From Nymphaea colorata (taxonomy: Eukaryota), in NCBI RefSeq assembly GCF_008831285.2, contig NC_045138.2, positions 15,066,001 through 15,130,000 of the forward strand: a stretch of DNA of 64,000 bases. The letters are read 5' to 3'. Below the pieces are notes generated by a model. It saw nothing but the letters and a program-made list of their open reading frames with translations, searched no databases and was not told where the DNA came from. Positions 1-13,092 of the stretch are shown in pieces. Each line of letters begins with the position of its first letter. Positions within the stretch are counted from its first letter, which is position 1. The position numbers and the translations under genes are program-made.

Positions 1-306
1 ATGTCAATTAAAATATCTGACCGAACCATTGGTTTCCAAAAACTAGCTAGTTTTCTACAACACAACCCATGAATCAAGCTGATGGACCGCTAGTGTCTGC
101 CATTGAACCAGTCCATTCATTCCAAGGACTTCTGTCTGTTCCAGCTCAGGCATAGGCAGATTCAAGCACATGGCGCAAACTCTCACCCACACACTCGCAC
201 TCTCTTTTTCTATTATATAAATAACATGGATTCCTCCAACGGTGAGAAAAATCCCTCAAGTAGCCCAATGTTTTTTTTGTTTGGGTTGTGTCAATGAGGT
301 GGGATG

Positions 307-344
<38 letters not shown>

Positions 345-2023
345 TAATTAAAATCAAATTTAGATTGAAAATCATTTTTATATATAGAATTTACAGATTT
401 CTCCAATCAAAGTTTAGACTGAACAGTCCTCAGCACACCACTCGATACAATGTACATGTACACTCATTTTCTCTTTTTGACTAGTGTACATACATGGCAA
501 GTGTAAAACAAATTTAATAGCCCATGCTTGATAAAATCAGAATAATAACAGTGCATCTATTAATTCTCCAACCAGCCACTCACCCCCAACTTCCAAAATA
601 AAATTACAAAATAAAATTCATCTTGACTTTAAAAATAAAAAATAAAAAAAGAGAGCAAGGTTTTCTAATTTCTTCCCAAATCTTTTCATTCAAAACTTTT
701 AGACTAAAAGTAAGTAAAGGAACATCAATGGCTCAGCTTGCCCGTTTGATAAAATCAATTAGAAGTGCTCTTTTCCTCTATTTTGCTCAAGCAAACTACA
801 CTATAAACTAAAGTTACCTGACAATTATGTGTGCTAAAATTAAAATATGGAAAAGAATATCTTCTTTTTTTCCTTTTAGTTTAGCAAGTCACCACCAATG
901 GAGCCAATGCCTCCGTCATATCATCGAGTTGTCGCAGTCAGCCTACTAATTAAATGTAGAAGACTTTATAAGAAAAAAAAAGATAAAAAGAGAAACTCAA
1001 CACTACTGAAGAAGAGGTAATCTAGATAGACAAATATTGCTCCATATATATTTTTCCAACCTACAAGTCATTTCTTTGCTATTGAAATGAGAGTGTGCGA
1101 AGGACAAGAAATCATAAACAACTTTTAACAAACAAACATGATGAGCCGGTCAAGTAGTTTACAAGATGAGAGCACTAAAACATGGCCTTTTTAAGCCTAT
1201 CAGATTAATTTGGCAGACACTAAATCAGTTGTTTTCTTGCGATTCATTGTTGCAGCAGACTCGAAACCAGATTTTCTTTTTCCTTTCTCAACTATCAAAT
1301 CAATTAATCATATCGCCTTAAATTAAGGAGTTGTTATTAAGGAGCACAATGTTTGGTGATTGACATATATTTTGTCCACATGAGAAACTAGATCAATCAA
1401 CACAGCTCTTTCCATATATCAATGTCTTAGACACTAATTTATTGAACTATGTCATTCAAAGTTCTCTAGTTGTAACTTTCAGTCTGAGGTTTCTTTGTTG
1501 GTGAATTGATTCATGTACCTAAATTACATACCAGCTAGAAGCATCTGGTGTTGGCTTTTTATAAGTTTTTGGGCAGATCTAGGCCAGTTATTGTTACATG
1601 ATAGAGTTTTAGATTGTCTTATTTAAGAGTTGCATATGAGGGAGAAGCTTTGGAAAAGCTGGAAGAAAAAGGTGAGGGAATATCAGTACATGGAAAGAGA
1701 AACAGAGAGACAGAAATCATTTCTTAGAAACTCCCTTCTCGACAACATACATGAAGAAAACTTTCTGGCTTCCATCAGTATAATTTGGTCGACGGACAAC
1801 AAATGGTAATGTTAACCTATTTTTTGTAAGAATACTTCTTATTGTCGTTATTCATATAGCATTGTACCTCCACAAAGGATAACATGGATTGAATATTGTT
1901 TGAAAGAGTAAATGAAAATTTCCATTCCCATTCACGTGCCTTAAGATCTAGTTTGGCGTACAATTGCAGCGAGTTCAAGTCGAGCTCGTTAGCTCGATTC
2001 ATTGAAGAGCCCTACTTGGATAA

Positions 2024-2381
2024 AAATTTGTAAATTTCAGGTTCAATAGAAAAGCGTTTGACCTTGAGTGCCATAGCGAATACACATTAGAAGCATTAAC
2101 AGTAGATCTCCCGCCATGACGGATGGGTGCCGCCACACATAAGATGAACATCGGAGATACGATGAGCACCGAAGAAGAGGAGAGAATTCAAGAGACTTTT
2201 TGTCTCGCCCGTACGTCCTCCATTCAAACACCACATTATCCTTGATGAAAACCCACTAAAATGTATGGGTTTTTTCCATTTTATTTCACACCTTTGAAGT
2301 CCACCGTAAGCCTAAGCCCACCTTAATAAAACAAGTAAACATATAGATATAGATATATAGCAAAATTGAATGGTGACTCTA
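2024..2381. repeat. ~360-bp non-coding segment, copy 1 (copy 2 at 6722..7088)
   Basis: Long near-identical blocks shared with 6722..7088, e.g. gaattcaagagactttttgtctcgcccgtacgt and cattcaaacaccacattatccttgatgaaaacccactaaaatgta. Confidence 0.9.
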
Positions 2382-3949
2382 TAAGGTGGGTTGCTGCTGT
2401 ACAGTAGTACCCTTGGGCTTGGCCTTGTTTTGTTTGTACTCTCCAAACAGGTAAGAAAAGAGACCCCAAATAGACAGGATCACAGCAAACCCCTTCTCTG
2501 CACTGAAGGCCTCATGAAAAAATATCACAGGCGATGCAACGTTTGCTGGAATGAGTGCAGTCGTGCAGATCCCAGTCACCAATGAGCTTGTCAAGAAAAT
2601 GAACCCGCAGACCCCTCAAAGTTCATCTGCCATGAAATTGCCCCAAGCACCAAACACAGCCAATACTTCAGCTGCCTAAGACCAAATCCTTCTGCTTCTG
2701 CCATGATCTTCTTGAAATCCCCACACACAGCCATACCCAAACAAGAAAATGTACTGGCAGTGGCCTGAATCACAATCTGGGTCTCCAACACAAGGCTGAA
2801 ACTTACTGCCACCTGCTTCTTCCTGAAATGGTCGTTCAGTAGCTCCAGCAATGGGAGGTACAGACCAAAGAGAACGGCAGTGATCATTGTGGACATAACT
2901 CCCATTGCATACTGGAAAGTGGTCACCCCTGCAGGAGTTTCATGGCTACTGGTTATGCCCACAAGAGCAGAGCTCAACGTTAGCAGAATAATGCAGTTCA
3001 GTGTGGAAAAATTCATTGGTTGCTTGACGATCAAGCAGGCAAAGATTGTGGTGAAGGCCAGTTGAGAAGAAAGCAGCAAGGTGGCAATGGAAACTGGGAT
3101 GTATGAGATCCCCCAAGCGTAGGTGAAGTTGTCAAACCCCAGACGCAGGCCCAGCAGGATGGTGCATGGCAACACCTTTGGAGTGAAGCAACTGAAAGGT
3201 CTATAACCAGATGAGGGGTTCATGTAGTGTGAGATTGCCAAAGGAATGAAGAGTACAGAGAAACCAGCGGATTGTGTTAGGCAAGAGATCCATCTCCTGC
3301 TTCCTCCATGCACAAAGTAAAGCCTTACTAGCAAGGCAGACGAGACCTACCTACTGAGATGCATAAAGAGTCCACGTTTCAGTACTAAGCCACCAATCTT
3401 ATTCTTGTTTCCTTGGGCCTCCTTCCCTTCTTGCTGCCCATTGGCGCTCATGGCTGTAGGCAGCTTGTTCATCATCTCCACTGCAAAAAAACAAACAAAA
3501 ATAACTGTCAAGTCCATGTCAGTTTCCCTTTCCTAGATGCAAAATTGAGATGAGAACAGAACTACGACATGACCCATTTTTCTTCACAACTTCTTCAAAT
3601 GAACGGTATCCATGATCAGGATATTGGCCATTGTGGTAGTAGACGGGATGAACCTCCATGTCTGCTCTCCTGCTTCATCTTAAAGAGAAGAGCACTACTT
3701 GGGGATGGTTGGTTAGGGAAAGGGACATGACATGACGATTTGAACCGTGACTGATACAGACATGCACGTGGTAATGCAACAAACTCCTCGGGAACTAAAA
3801 AGATATATGATTTGCTAAGGAAATGAGGACTTTAAGATCAGTAAGGAAAGCTGGTAGCTGAAAGGATTGGAAATGAGCAATGAAAAAGAGAACTTACTCT
3901 GAAGAACAGTATGGAATGACTGATCATGGGGAGCATGAGATTCAGCCAT
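2379..3949 (-). pseudogene. Purine permease (PUP family) paralog, disrupted; exons 3898..3949 and 2379..3480
   Basis: Exon 1 MAESHAPHDQSFHTVLQ + A|gtaag; acceptor ttttgcag|. Protein is colinear with the intact PUP at 7393-8705 (YFVHGGSRRWISCLTQSAGF, LLLSSQLAFT, ETQIVI, WGLFSYLFGEYK). In-frame TAG at 3347..3349 and a frameshift near 2600 (ORF 2591..3334 continues in ORF 2379..2594). Confidence 0.85.
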
Positions 3950-5046
3950 GGCTACCTCTTTCTTCTCAGGCTGTGGAGGAAGAAGAGAAGGTATGCACAA
4001 GTTAATCACCTCAGCATATCGTTTTATACAAGTGGGTCGTGGGACCCTTTAGACCTGGATTACAGAAAAGCATGGAAAAAAGAAAGGAGCCTTTAGACCC
4101 TGACCACACCTCGTGCAGCACTAGCGGTAACAACTGTTAAGAGTCTGTTACCTAAAAGCAAAGGAATCTTGTCCTATGTAAAAATTTCCTTTTCACAAAG
4201 ATCTAAATGTGAGATAATCGCTTTGAACCTGAAATTTTTCAGGTTTTCTTGAGATAATGTCGACAAGTTAGTGGCAGGTAAATGTAAAAATAGTATGTAA
4301 CTATTCTAGATATATAGCATAAAAATGTGCAGCAAACTTTTCCATACTACAGCAGAATAATAACAGATTACCGGATATCTATTTTGGCGCATTATTGATG
4401 TTTCTAAGGCATGCACTAGTTTCGAAAAAGTGTGCCTCCACGGTCCTATATTGACTGAAAAAATATCAACGTGAACTCGGGCTTAATTAGATAACTGGTT
4501 GGTTAACTTGGTCAACAAAGTATTCATTAATCTAATTCTGAAGCAACTCTGCAGGGGGTAGTTCCCTATCTAATTAATGTAGCGCGTTTTTAACATGGTT
4601 TATTTATCAATCTAATTGGCTTTAATCACATTAGAGGAATCATAACTTTCAAATTTTGGCAACATCATGAGGTACCCTTCAAGGTTGTCCTAATAATCAA
4701 ACAAGTAACTTCTTCTATCTCTCTGTCGATATGTATAATGGCGAAGATATTATCTTATTGCTTTGCAACCTTAAATAGCATAAATATGAGGCTGCAGTGG
4801 AAAATTTTCCAGGCAATGTTTGACATATCGAGGTCCATGTCGAGGTCCATTAAAGGCGAATGTTTGTTATTTTCCTGGTTGGCGACAAGCTTTACTCTCC
4901 TCAGATATTAAATGACTAATGTATGAACAGGGAAAAGGCAAAGGTTAAAGTTAGCTTCAATTTGCACTCTATCTACTTCTTATTGCTTAATTATGGAGAA
5001 TCTTGTGTCACGAATGTTATTTCATCAAATGAACATTATGACTTTC

Positions 5047-5112
5047 TTAATGTCTGGTTTTTCAAATCTGAAAATCCCTTTAATGTCTGGTTTTTCAAAT
5101 CTGAAAATCCCT
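5047..5112. repeat. 33-bp tandem duplication
   Basis: ttaatgtctggtttttcaaatctgaaaatccct occurs twice head-to-tail. Confidence 0.9.
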
Positions 5113-6721
5113 TCGTCCAAAGGACATAGTGTAGGTGGTTAAATTAATGGGCCGGTGAAGAGATGGTAGTCAGTTTGATTCTCATAGATGTTATTTCTTT
5201 AAACTGTAAATGGTGGATGTGCAACGTTCTAATTGATAGGTGATTTGCTTCCTACCAAGTCTTGAAACAGCATGAACCCTATGGGCTAGGGAAAAAGTGA
5301 GGGGCTTCGGGCTTTTCGAGCTCTCTGTCAAAATTAGAAATCTATGTGTATGGTTCCGGTGAACTTGGGCTGCAGAATTGTCCTTCCATTAATAAAAAAA
5401 AATATAAATTCATTTGCATGCTTAGCTTCAAGATGTACACATCAAACTCTCACTAGATGGTGACATACAGTTTAGCCTTACATAAGGGGACATCATCCTC
5501 ATCTTTTTCTCTATCACTCTCTTCCCTCTTTCTTTCCCTCTCAAGTGACGGCCCAGTGGTGTGGTGTGGCAATTGTTGCTGTCACTTGAGGATCCGACCC
5601 ATCCACAAGCGAAGCCAGAATTTTTTTTTTGGTAGGGGCATTCATTCAATATCTTTAATTTCTTTGGGGCACTTACATGTATAACAATCAAATATATGAA
5701 AATATTAACATATATATTAAACTAATTTTATGAGACTGTGGGCAATTGCCCACACCAGCCACCATGTGCTACGCCATTGAACCCATCTCAGGTAGGACGC
5801 CCACCCACCCCACTCGTCTTGGATGGGTGGGCAGGAAAATTCCACCCATGATCATGGGTGGACAAAGGGGAGCCCTGGCGCTTCCCTCCTTCCCTCCATC
5901 AAAGCCTAGTTCCGCAGTGGGTTCCAGCAGGCCTCCCTGGTGGTGGAAACAGATGAAAACAAATAAAAAAAAATGGTTTTGATTTGATGTATGATCTTGA
6001 ATGGTGCAATCATTCAAATATATGTATATATATATATATATATATATTCTTTAGCAATTTAACTGTAGCTAATTGAATTTACTGCCGGTCCCGTCCGTTA
6101 TTAGTGGTATGATCGTTCGTTTGAATTCGGTCAATTTTGTTGTTCTAATATTTAATGTGTTACAAAGTCGGGGTGGGATCTGATCTTTAAGAAAGATATT
6201 GGCTGGTTGGCGCCTAATCGATCGTACGATCACAATTAGGTTAAAAAAAAAAATAGAAGAGCACATTTGTTGAATGAAAGTTAAAAAAAAAAAAAAGTAG
6301 ACACCCACCGAGAGGCTACTTCTCTCCTCGTCCATTCAGTTGCTTCTATTCCACCGCTTTTTATGCTTTTTTCTTTCCTCTCTCGGGAAGATCTTAATTG
6401 CCGTGATATATTTTTCCAGATTGGTCAACTGCCTAAACTTTTCTGGGTCTTCAAGCATTCCCTGAGATTTGTTAATTTACTAATAAAACACTTCACACGG
6501 GGGCAGTTGATAGGCTCGGATCTAAAATCTCCCACTTTGGATTTGACAACAAACATGGGATCCGTGCGTGTGAGCTTGTGTTGGCAGTTGCCCCCCACAA
6601 AAGATGTTTGTTTTACATTGATATCTCATAGCTATTTTTTTGCTGCCTCTAGTATTGCCTTCTAAACTAGAAATTTTTTATTCCGCCCTTGGAATGGGTG
6701 GATTTCAAATCCACAAGCCTG

Positions 6722-7088
6722 AAATTTGTAAATTTCAGGTCCAATAGGAAAGTGTTCGATCTTGAGTGCGATCTCGAATAATACACATTAGAAGCATTAG
6801 CAGGAGATCTCCCGCCGTGACTGATGGGTGCCGCCACACATAAAGATGAACATCGGAGATATGATGAACACCGAAGAAGAGAAGAGAATTCAAGAGACTT
6901 TTTGTCTCGCCCGTACGTACTCCATTCAAACACCACATTATCCTTGATGAAAACCCACTAAAATGTAGGGGCTTTTTCCGTTTTCTTTCACACCAATTAA
7001 GTCTGCCATAAGCCAAAGCCTAAGCCCACCGTAAAACAAGCAAACATATAGATATAAATATATAGGAAAAATCGAATGATGACCCTAG
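6722..7088. repeat. ~360-bp non-coding segment, copy 2
   Basis: Direct-orientation homolog of 2024..2381. Confidence 0.9.
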
Positions 7089-7392
7089 TTTTTAAATGTT
7101 GACTCTCTTTTTGTTAGTCAATCAGCTATTTAATCAAGACCGTGGACAAAAAGAAGAAGAAAATGATAGGAACTTTTATCATCTAAACTTAATGTTCATT
7201 TTTTTTCCCCTTATTTTCGGACGACTTTTTGGATCCACGATTGGCAATGGACACGAAGGAAAGCAACGAATCCGGTGGACTCAATCATGCCGAAGACGGG
7301 AAGATGTGGAATTCAAATTCATGTATGTCGTCGATGCATTTCACAGTTTAAAAAATTGTACAGATAAAGGAGAGGAGCAGACGGAGGCTGCT

Positions 7393-8705
7393 TTAGCTCT
7401 GCGAATTCCCCGACTTTGCTTTACTTTTGAGTTCCTTCTGCTTCTGTTTATACTCTCCAACCAGATAAGAAGAGAATCCCCACATGGACATGACGGCAGC
7501 AAAAACCTTGTCTGAGTTCAAGCCTTCATGGAAGAACACCAATGGAGCCAGAACACCTGCTGGTATGAGGGCTGTCACACATATCCCACTCATCAGGGAG
7601 CTTGCCAAGAACGTCATCCCTGCAATACCCACAAAGGCCATCTGCCATGAAACAGCCCCAAACACCAAGCAGAGCCAGTACTTCACCTGCCCAAGATCGA
7701 ATTCTTCTGATTCTGTCTTCAACTTACCAAAATCTCCACCTACCAACATGCCGACACAGGAAAACACAGTTGCTATGGCAAAAATTACTATTTGGGTTTC
7801 CAAAACCAGCATAAAGCTCATGGCTACCTTCTTCTTCTCTCTCAGGTAGTCATTCAGAAGCTGCAGCAGCGGCAGGTAAAGTCCAAAGAAGCACGCAGCA
7901 CCAATTGTGCACAGCACCCCAAGAACATAGTGAAAACTGCTCACCCCTGCAGGCCTTTCATGGCTGCCACTAGAGCCCACAAGAGCAGAGCTAAAAGTGA
8001 GGACGAAAATGCAGTTGAGGGTGGGGAAATTCATGGGTTGTTTAACAATCAAGCGGGAAAAGAGAGCAGTGAAGGCCAATTGGGAAGAAAGGAGAAGAGC
8101 AGAGATGGAAACAGGGATATAAGAGATTCCCCAGGCGAACAGGAAATTATCAAATCCAAGAAGCAGTCCCAAGAGGACTGTGCAGAGCAGAACTCTCGGG
8201 GAGAAGCAAGAGAAAGGCCTGTATGTGGATGATGGGTTCACACAGTAAGAAATTGCCCATGGGATGAAGAGCAGAGGGAAGCCGGCAGACTGTATCAGTG
8301 TTGAGACCCATCTCCTGCTTCCTCCATGCATGAAGTAAAACTTCGCCAGTAGAGTAGCTGAGGCATTACCAACAGAGAGCGAGATGTAATTTGCAGAGAC
8401 CAGAAGCCAATAAGCTACACCATTTTTGAATCTCATCGAAGAAAGCCTCCATTTTTTCTTGCTCTCCCTAACCTCTTCCTTCTCCTCATCTGAGGTTGCG
8501 TCTTTGTGGGCCTCAAGACTGTCAACTGCATACAGAAGCAGAAGGAACAAACCAGTGACGCACTTCAAACCTTCTTAATTTGTGAAATCAATGTGGCGAA
8601 CCACAAGTTGAGCGCTTTTAGTTGGGGAAATGAAATTGGCAACAGAAAACTGAACTTACTCTGCAGAACTGAGTGAGAAGTCTCTGAATCCCTTGGGTCG
8701 GCCAT
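7393..8705 (-). CDS. Purine permease (PUP4/PUP5-like); exons 8660..8705 and 7393..8525; 392 aa
   Basis: Exon 1 MADPRDSETSHSVLQ + A|gtaag; phase-1 acceptor tgcag|TT gives a continuous frame of 1179 nt. Many hydrophobic segments and PUP motifs (FYFMHGGSRRWVSTLIQSAGFPLL, SSQLAFTALFS, WGFSSYLVGEY). Confidence 0.92.
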
Positions 8706-8933
8706 GGCATCAGAGACTGTGAGCGCCCGAAGAATCAATGAGAAGACACCAGCATCGCCCCATACAAGATGACGAGGGGTGGTTCAGACTTTGTCCGAGT
8801 TGGAAAATCAACGCAAAGGGACAAAACGAAGGAAGACTTTTCATTTAGGGTTCTCCTTTTTGTCGTAATTTCGAATTGGTCCTGATGTATGTTAATTTTT
8901 TCAATAAGGTCTCATGCTTTTCTAGGTGATATA

Positions 8934-9179
8934 TAAGGGTGGGCATGGGCCGGCCACGCCCAACCGGCCCGGTAAGGGCAGGCCCTATCCGGCCTGTCGG
9001 GCCGGTAAGCTCGGCCCAGCCCATTTAAAATTTAAAAATAATTTTTTAAATTATAAAATAATTTTTTAATATAAAATATATTTATTAATAATAAATAATT
9101 ATTATTAAAAATATTTAAAAAATATTTTTTTATTTTTAACGGATCGAGTCGGGCTGACTCGGGCCGACGCCCACCCTTA
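8934..9179. mobile_element. MITE, hAT-like non-autonomous DNA transposon
   Basis: TIRs TAAGGGTGGGC...GCCCACCCTTA, GC-rich subterminal repeats, AT-rich core. Degenerate 8-bp TSD gtgatata / gtgagatg (6/8). Confidence 0.75.
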
Positions 9180-10284
9180 GTGAGATGTGAGAGTTGAAGC
9201 CAGCCCATTTTTATTTTGCCTCACAGTCTAAAGATGGTTCGAAACCTGGGTGGTCTTTCGAGACACCTTTTAACTTGAGTATTTAGTTCAAAGAACAACA
9301 CAGAAAAGATCGATCTGTTGTTTATATATATCTATACAGACATCTTAAATCGACCAACTATATGACCAACTATGCTATGTCGAAACAATATCACTCTTTT
9401 ATTAGTCACTAAACTTTGGGTAAAATGTTAGTTAATATGAGAAAAAGATGAAGAACGTTTTGTTTTAACTTAAAACAACAATGCTGTAAAGTGTATAATT
9501 TACTTGTTTGCCGATGACATGATTTTACACGAAATTTCTTTTTCGTAGTTGCTAGAAATGTGAGGCTTGTATTAGAATAATAAAAAAGAAAGGTCCATAT
9601 GTGATTTTTATGGTTAAAAGAGAAGCCTGACGGAAACGGCCAAGGCTCGCGTGTTTTTTGGTCTGACATTACTTATTTCTCTATAGTGTAGACTTTAGAA
9701 AAAATATGATGTAAACGCCTGTTTGGCTTAAATGGCTCTTCTTGTAGATTTTATACAATAATTTGACTCGTTCTCAGGGAAATGTCGGCAAGAGAAAACA
9801 AAAATCTGGATATGCTCAAAAAACCTTTTTCTTTTCAAGAAATATATTGTATTCCTTATGAAAAGAAAAAATAGTGCAGAAACTGGGAAAAATTCTTCCT
9901 TCAGCCTTCGTGATAATGTTTGTTAACTTTGTGATTTTCTAAAAACATAGTCACAAATATTGTTTTCTCATTTTAAACAAAGAGTTGTTTCGTGCATAAT
10001 TGTGCAAACTTAAAAAACTGAAAAAATGGGGAAAATATGATATTTAAAAAAATAAAAAATCTTCAAAATTAAAGAATAATAAAATGAACGAGAAACTAAT
10101 AAGGAAACATCAAAAAGTAAGTGGATGGCAACAAATAAAATTAGAAAATGGAAACAATCAGTTTAACATTTAAAAAACTTAAAAAAAACACTTAAAAGGA
10201 AAAAAAAAGTTTCTTTTCGTTTTGATGTTTTTTTAAAGCGCTTTTGAACCACTTTACTTTATACACATGACTTATTTTTCACAG

Positions 10285-10289
<5 letters not shown>

Positions 10290-10366
<77 letters not shown>
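10290..10366. repeat. (TA)n microsatellite
   Basis: Long perfect TA run. Others lie near 312, 33230, 34274 (+GA), 41103 (+GA), 46388 (+GA) and 53099. Confidence 0.95.
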
Positions 10367-10367
<1 letters not shown>

Positions 10368-10707
10368 GTCTGCCACCAACTGTCCAAAGTGTTCTTTATT
10401 TTGGTATTATTAATGCCACAGAGTTCAACAAAGTTTACAAATTGTCAGATTCAAACGGAATTGGACTATTTTTAACTTAGGATCTTCCAAGTTAGATCTG
10501 GGCGCACGGACAATTTATTCGGATGGAAATCCGAATCTGTAAATAATTAGTTTTGAATAGGATTTGTTAATGCAGGTCCTACTTAATAAAAGATACATGT
10601 GGTCCAATACAATCTTTTTTGAGTGAGCAAAATGAATATTTGATTATACCACCCAAAAGAAAATTGAAGTTCTTACTCAACCGCTTGTCCTTTTAAAGTA
10701 TAGAATC

Positions 10708-10989
10708 TAAAGGTAGGCATCGGGCCCGGGCTTAAGCCGGGAAAAACCTGGCCCCGGCCAGATAGGCTGACCCGGGTCAGCCAGGCTCGGCCCGTTTAAC
10801 CCCTTTAGATTAAAAAATTAAATTTTTTTTGTTTTAATAATATATATTTATTATTAATAAATCTATTTTATAATTAAAAAATATTTTATAATTAAAAATT
10901 ATTTTTAAATTTTAAATGGGCCGGGCCAAGGCCGAGACCCGGGCTATCGGACCAAGCCCGGGCCGGCCCTTACTCGATCCCCACCCTTA
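10708..10989. mobile_element. MITE of the same family as 8934..9179, inverted orientation
   Basis: Ends TAAAGGTAGGC...CCCCACCCTTA. AT-rich core is the reverse complement of the first copy's core (...ttatttttaaattttaaatggg vs cccatttaaaatttaaaaataa...). No clean TSD. Confidence 0.7.
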
Positions 10990-12399
10990 TAATCTACTTT
11001 TGAGTACTGTCCATTTTTAAAGCACAAAGAGTTAAATAAAAATTGACCACCTACCAACCTTCATTGTGACTATTGTACTAACCTCCTCAAAAAGAGTCTA
11101 ATACCAGAATCAAGCTTGAAACTTATAAACCAATCTGTCAACCTCATAAACTAAGTTGGCTATATCGATCTCTTCTCTCTCTATAATAACGTTCTTGTAT
11201 AGGTAGTTGTTATAGTAAACAAGATCTCAAGCCGCTGAGTAGAAGCCACTGGACCTGGAAAAACATCAGATTGAAAAAAAATTTCATTAATACAATAAAA
11301 AATGACAAATTAAATCTTCCAACCATATCCGGACCCTTTTGCAACATCGGCCCAACCCACAGCTTAGCCATCATGGAAGAAAATATCTCCCATAAAATAA
11401 TGCATCTCATAAACTGTTGGCCTTTGATTTCAATGAAGGGCCATTGAACTTATGGCTGCAACCCATAATATAAAAACTTTGGTAGCTAGTGTTTCCTGTC
11501 ATTAGTTTTCTTGAGTTCAAATTACTAGTTATGACATTTGACTAGCAGAAAAATGAGATTTTATGAGTTTTATAATGAGTTTTTATCAAGCTTTTTGTCA
11601 TGAAAATTTTGTGAAATTCACGATTCTGCAGGGATTTACCCCAGAAATTTTGTCATCTTTTCAAAAGTTTTAATAGTCCTTATTGTTAATTTTTACAAAC
11701 AGGTCTCAACCCTGACAATATTTTTCAAACACAAAATACACTAAACCTGGTGTCTAGTAGATAAAATATATTATATTCTTTCGCCGTCAAAAGTTGCATA
11801 TCTTAATAGGAACTCAGGTGCAACACGTGCTTGGTGTAAAATTATTTATTGGATAATATCTAAAGCCGTGTTTGAATGGCACTGGTAGTCCGTTGTGGGA
11901 CATCATCAGTCATCACTACGGGCAACCATACAACAGAGTGAGATGGTTTGTCTCCGAAATCAGGATGTAAATCACGGACGTACTCGGGTGAGTCGGGTTT
12001 GATCTATGATTTACCATATTCAACTTAGCCGGGTCTTCCTTGATTGGATTTGGACTCGGAGTCACATTCAAACATAAGTAGAGGTAACGACAAACAATTG
12101 AAAAGAAAAACAAGAAAAAAAAATGACAAACTAATAGTAACTCCATCATATGGGAACTTATTTTCATCAAATATTAAGCAAATAACTCTTATAACATGTA
12201 CAATATCCCCCAGTTAGGCAACTTTGACATGTGGTAATTTCATTCAAGGATCACACATGCAGCCTACCTAATGCAAGTAGATAATTGTAGGAACGAAGAA
12301 GCTCATAAGGAGCTTTAAATTTTTTGTGAGAGCAGCATGAACAATGTACTAACTGTTTTATTCTATGAAATGAGTCCCATATAACATAGAACAGATTAC

Positions 12400-12790
12400 C
12401 TAAAGTTGAAAAAACTGTGTTAGTGCAGTGCCCGAGATCTGAAGATTGGGTTGTTATCTTTCGTGATTTTCTTGTCCATGATCCTTCTTCAGTTGAACAA
12501 CTGTAAGATTGGATGCGATGCATGTGGCTTTCATAAGGCATTCAATGCTTCTTTGGCTCACGCAACTCCAAACACAAATTCCACGGACGATGTCATCCAA
12601 CTGAAAGGCAGCTGTTCTGTTCTTTTCAATGTTTTGAATGTAACGTTTAGCAGAATCTTTCTGCTTCCTCATTAATTTGAGCAGGTGATGATAGGTATGG
12701 CCCATAAGCTAAGTATTGCCAACTTCATTTGGGATCCCCAAAGCAAGTAGATGTTTCTATCAAGTTTGATAGAAATATTAAATTCTCAAA
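12400..12790 (-). mobile_element. Degenerate Ty1/copia gag N-terminal remnant
   Basis: Minus-strand pieces NISIKLDRNIYLLWGSQM and RTEQLPFSWMTSSVEFVFGVA*AKEALNAL* resemble copia gag motifs (IKLDxxNYLLWxSQ; DQLLLSWLxSS...AKEAWxAL). Stops and frameshifts present. Confidence 0.6.
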
Positions 12791-13092
12791 AGCATTCTAC
12801 TGAATATGATATGCAGGAAGATCAGACACGGCGAAATCCTCTGGCCATCCAAATCCGTCTAATAATGGCTGCTCAATGAATGTATCAGCCAGCGGCGCTC
12901 TGCTTAATGCACCGGTTTTCACCGTCTCGGTGGGTTGGAAGGGGTTAGACAGAGAGAGACGATAAAATGGAAATATATAACAAAATTTGGGGACAAGAAG
13001 TCCCCCAAGTACATAAGCAAACCGCAGAAACGAAATATATAAGAGAGAGAGATCACTCTGTCAAGAGTAGGTCCGTCCAATTTTATGGGCCA

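Noticed and set aside
6667..6740. Helitron 3' end (hairpin plus CTAG on the minus strand)
   Set aside because: Hairpin-to-CTAG distance (~26 nt) is atypical, and the feature is not shared by the other copy.
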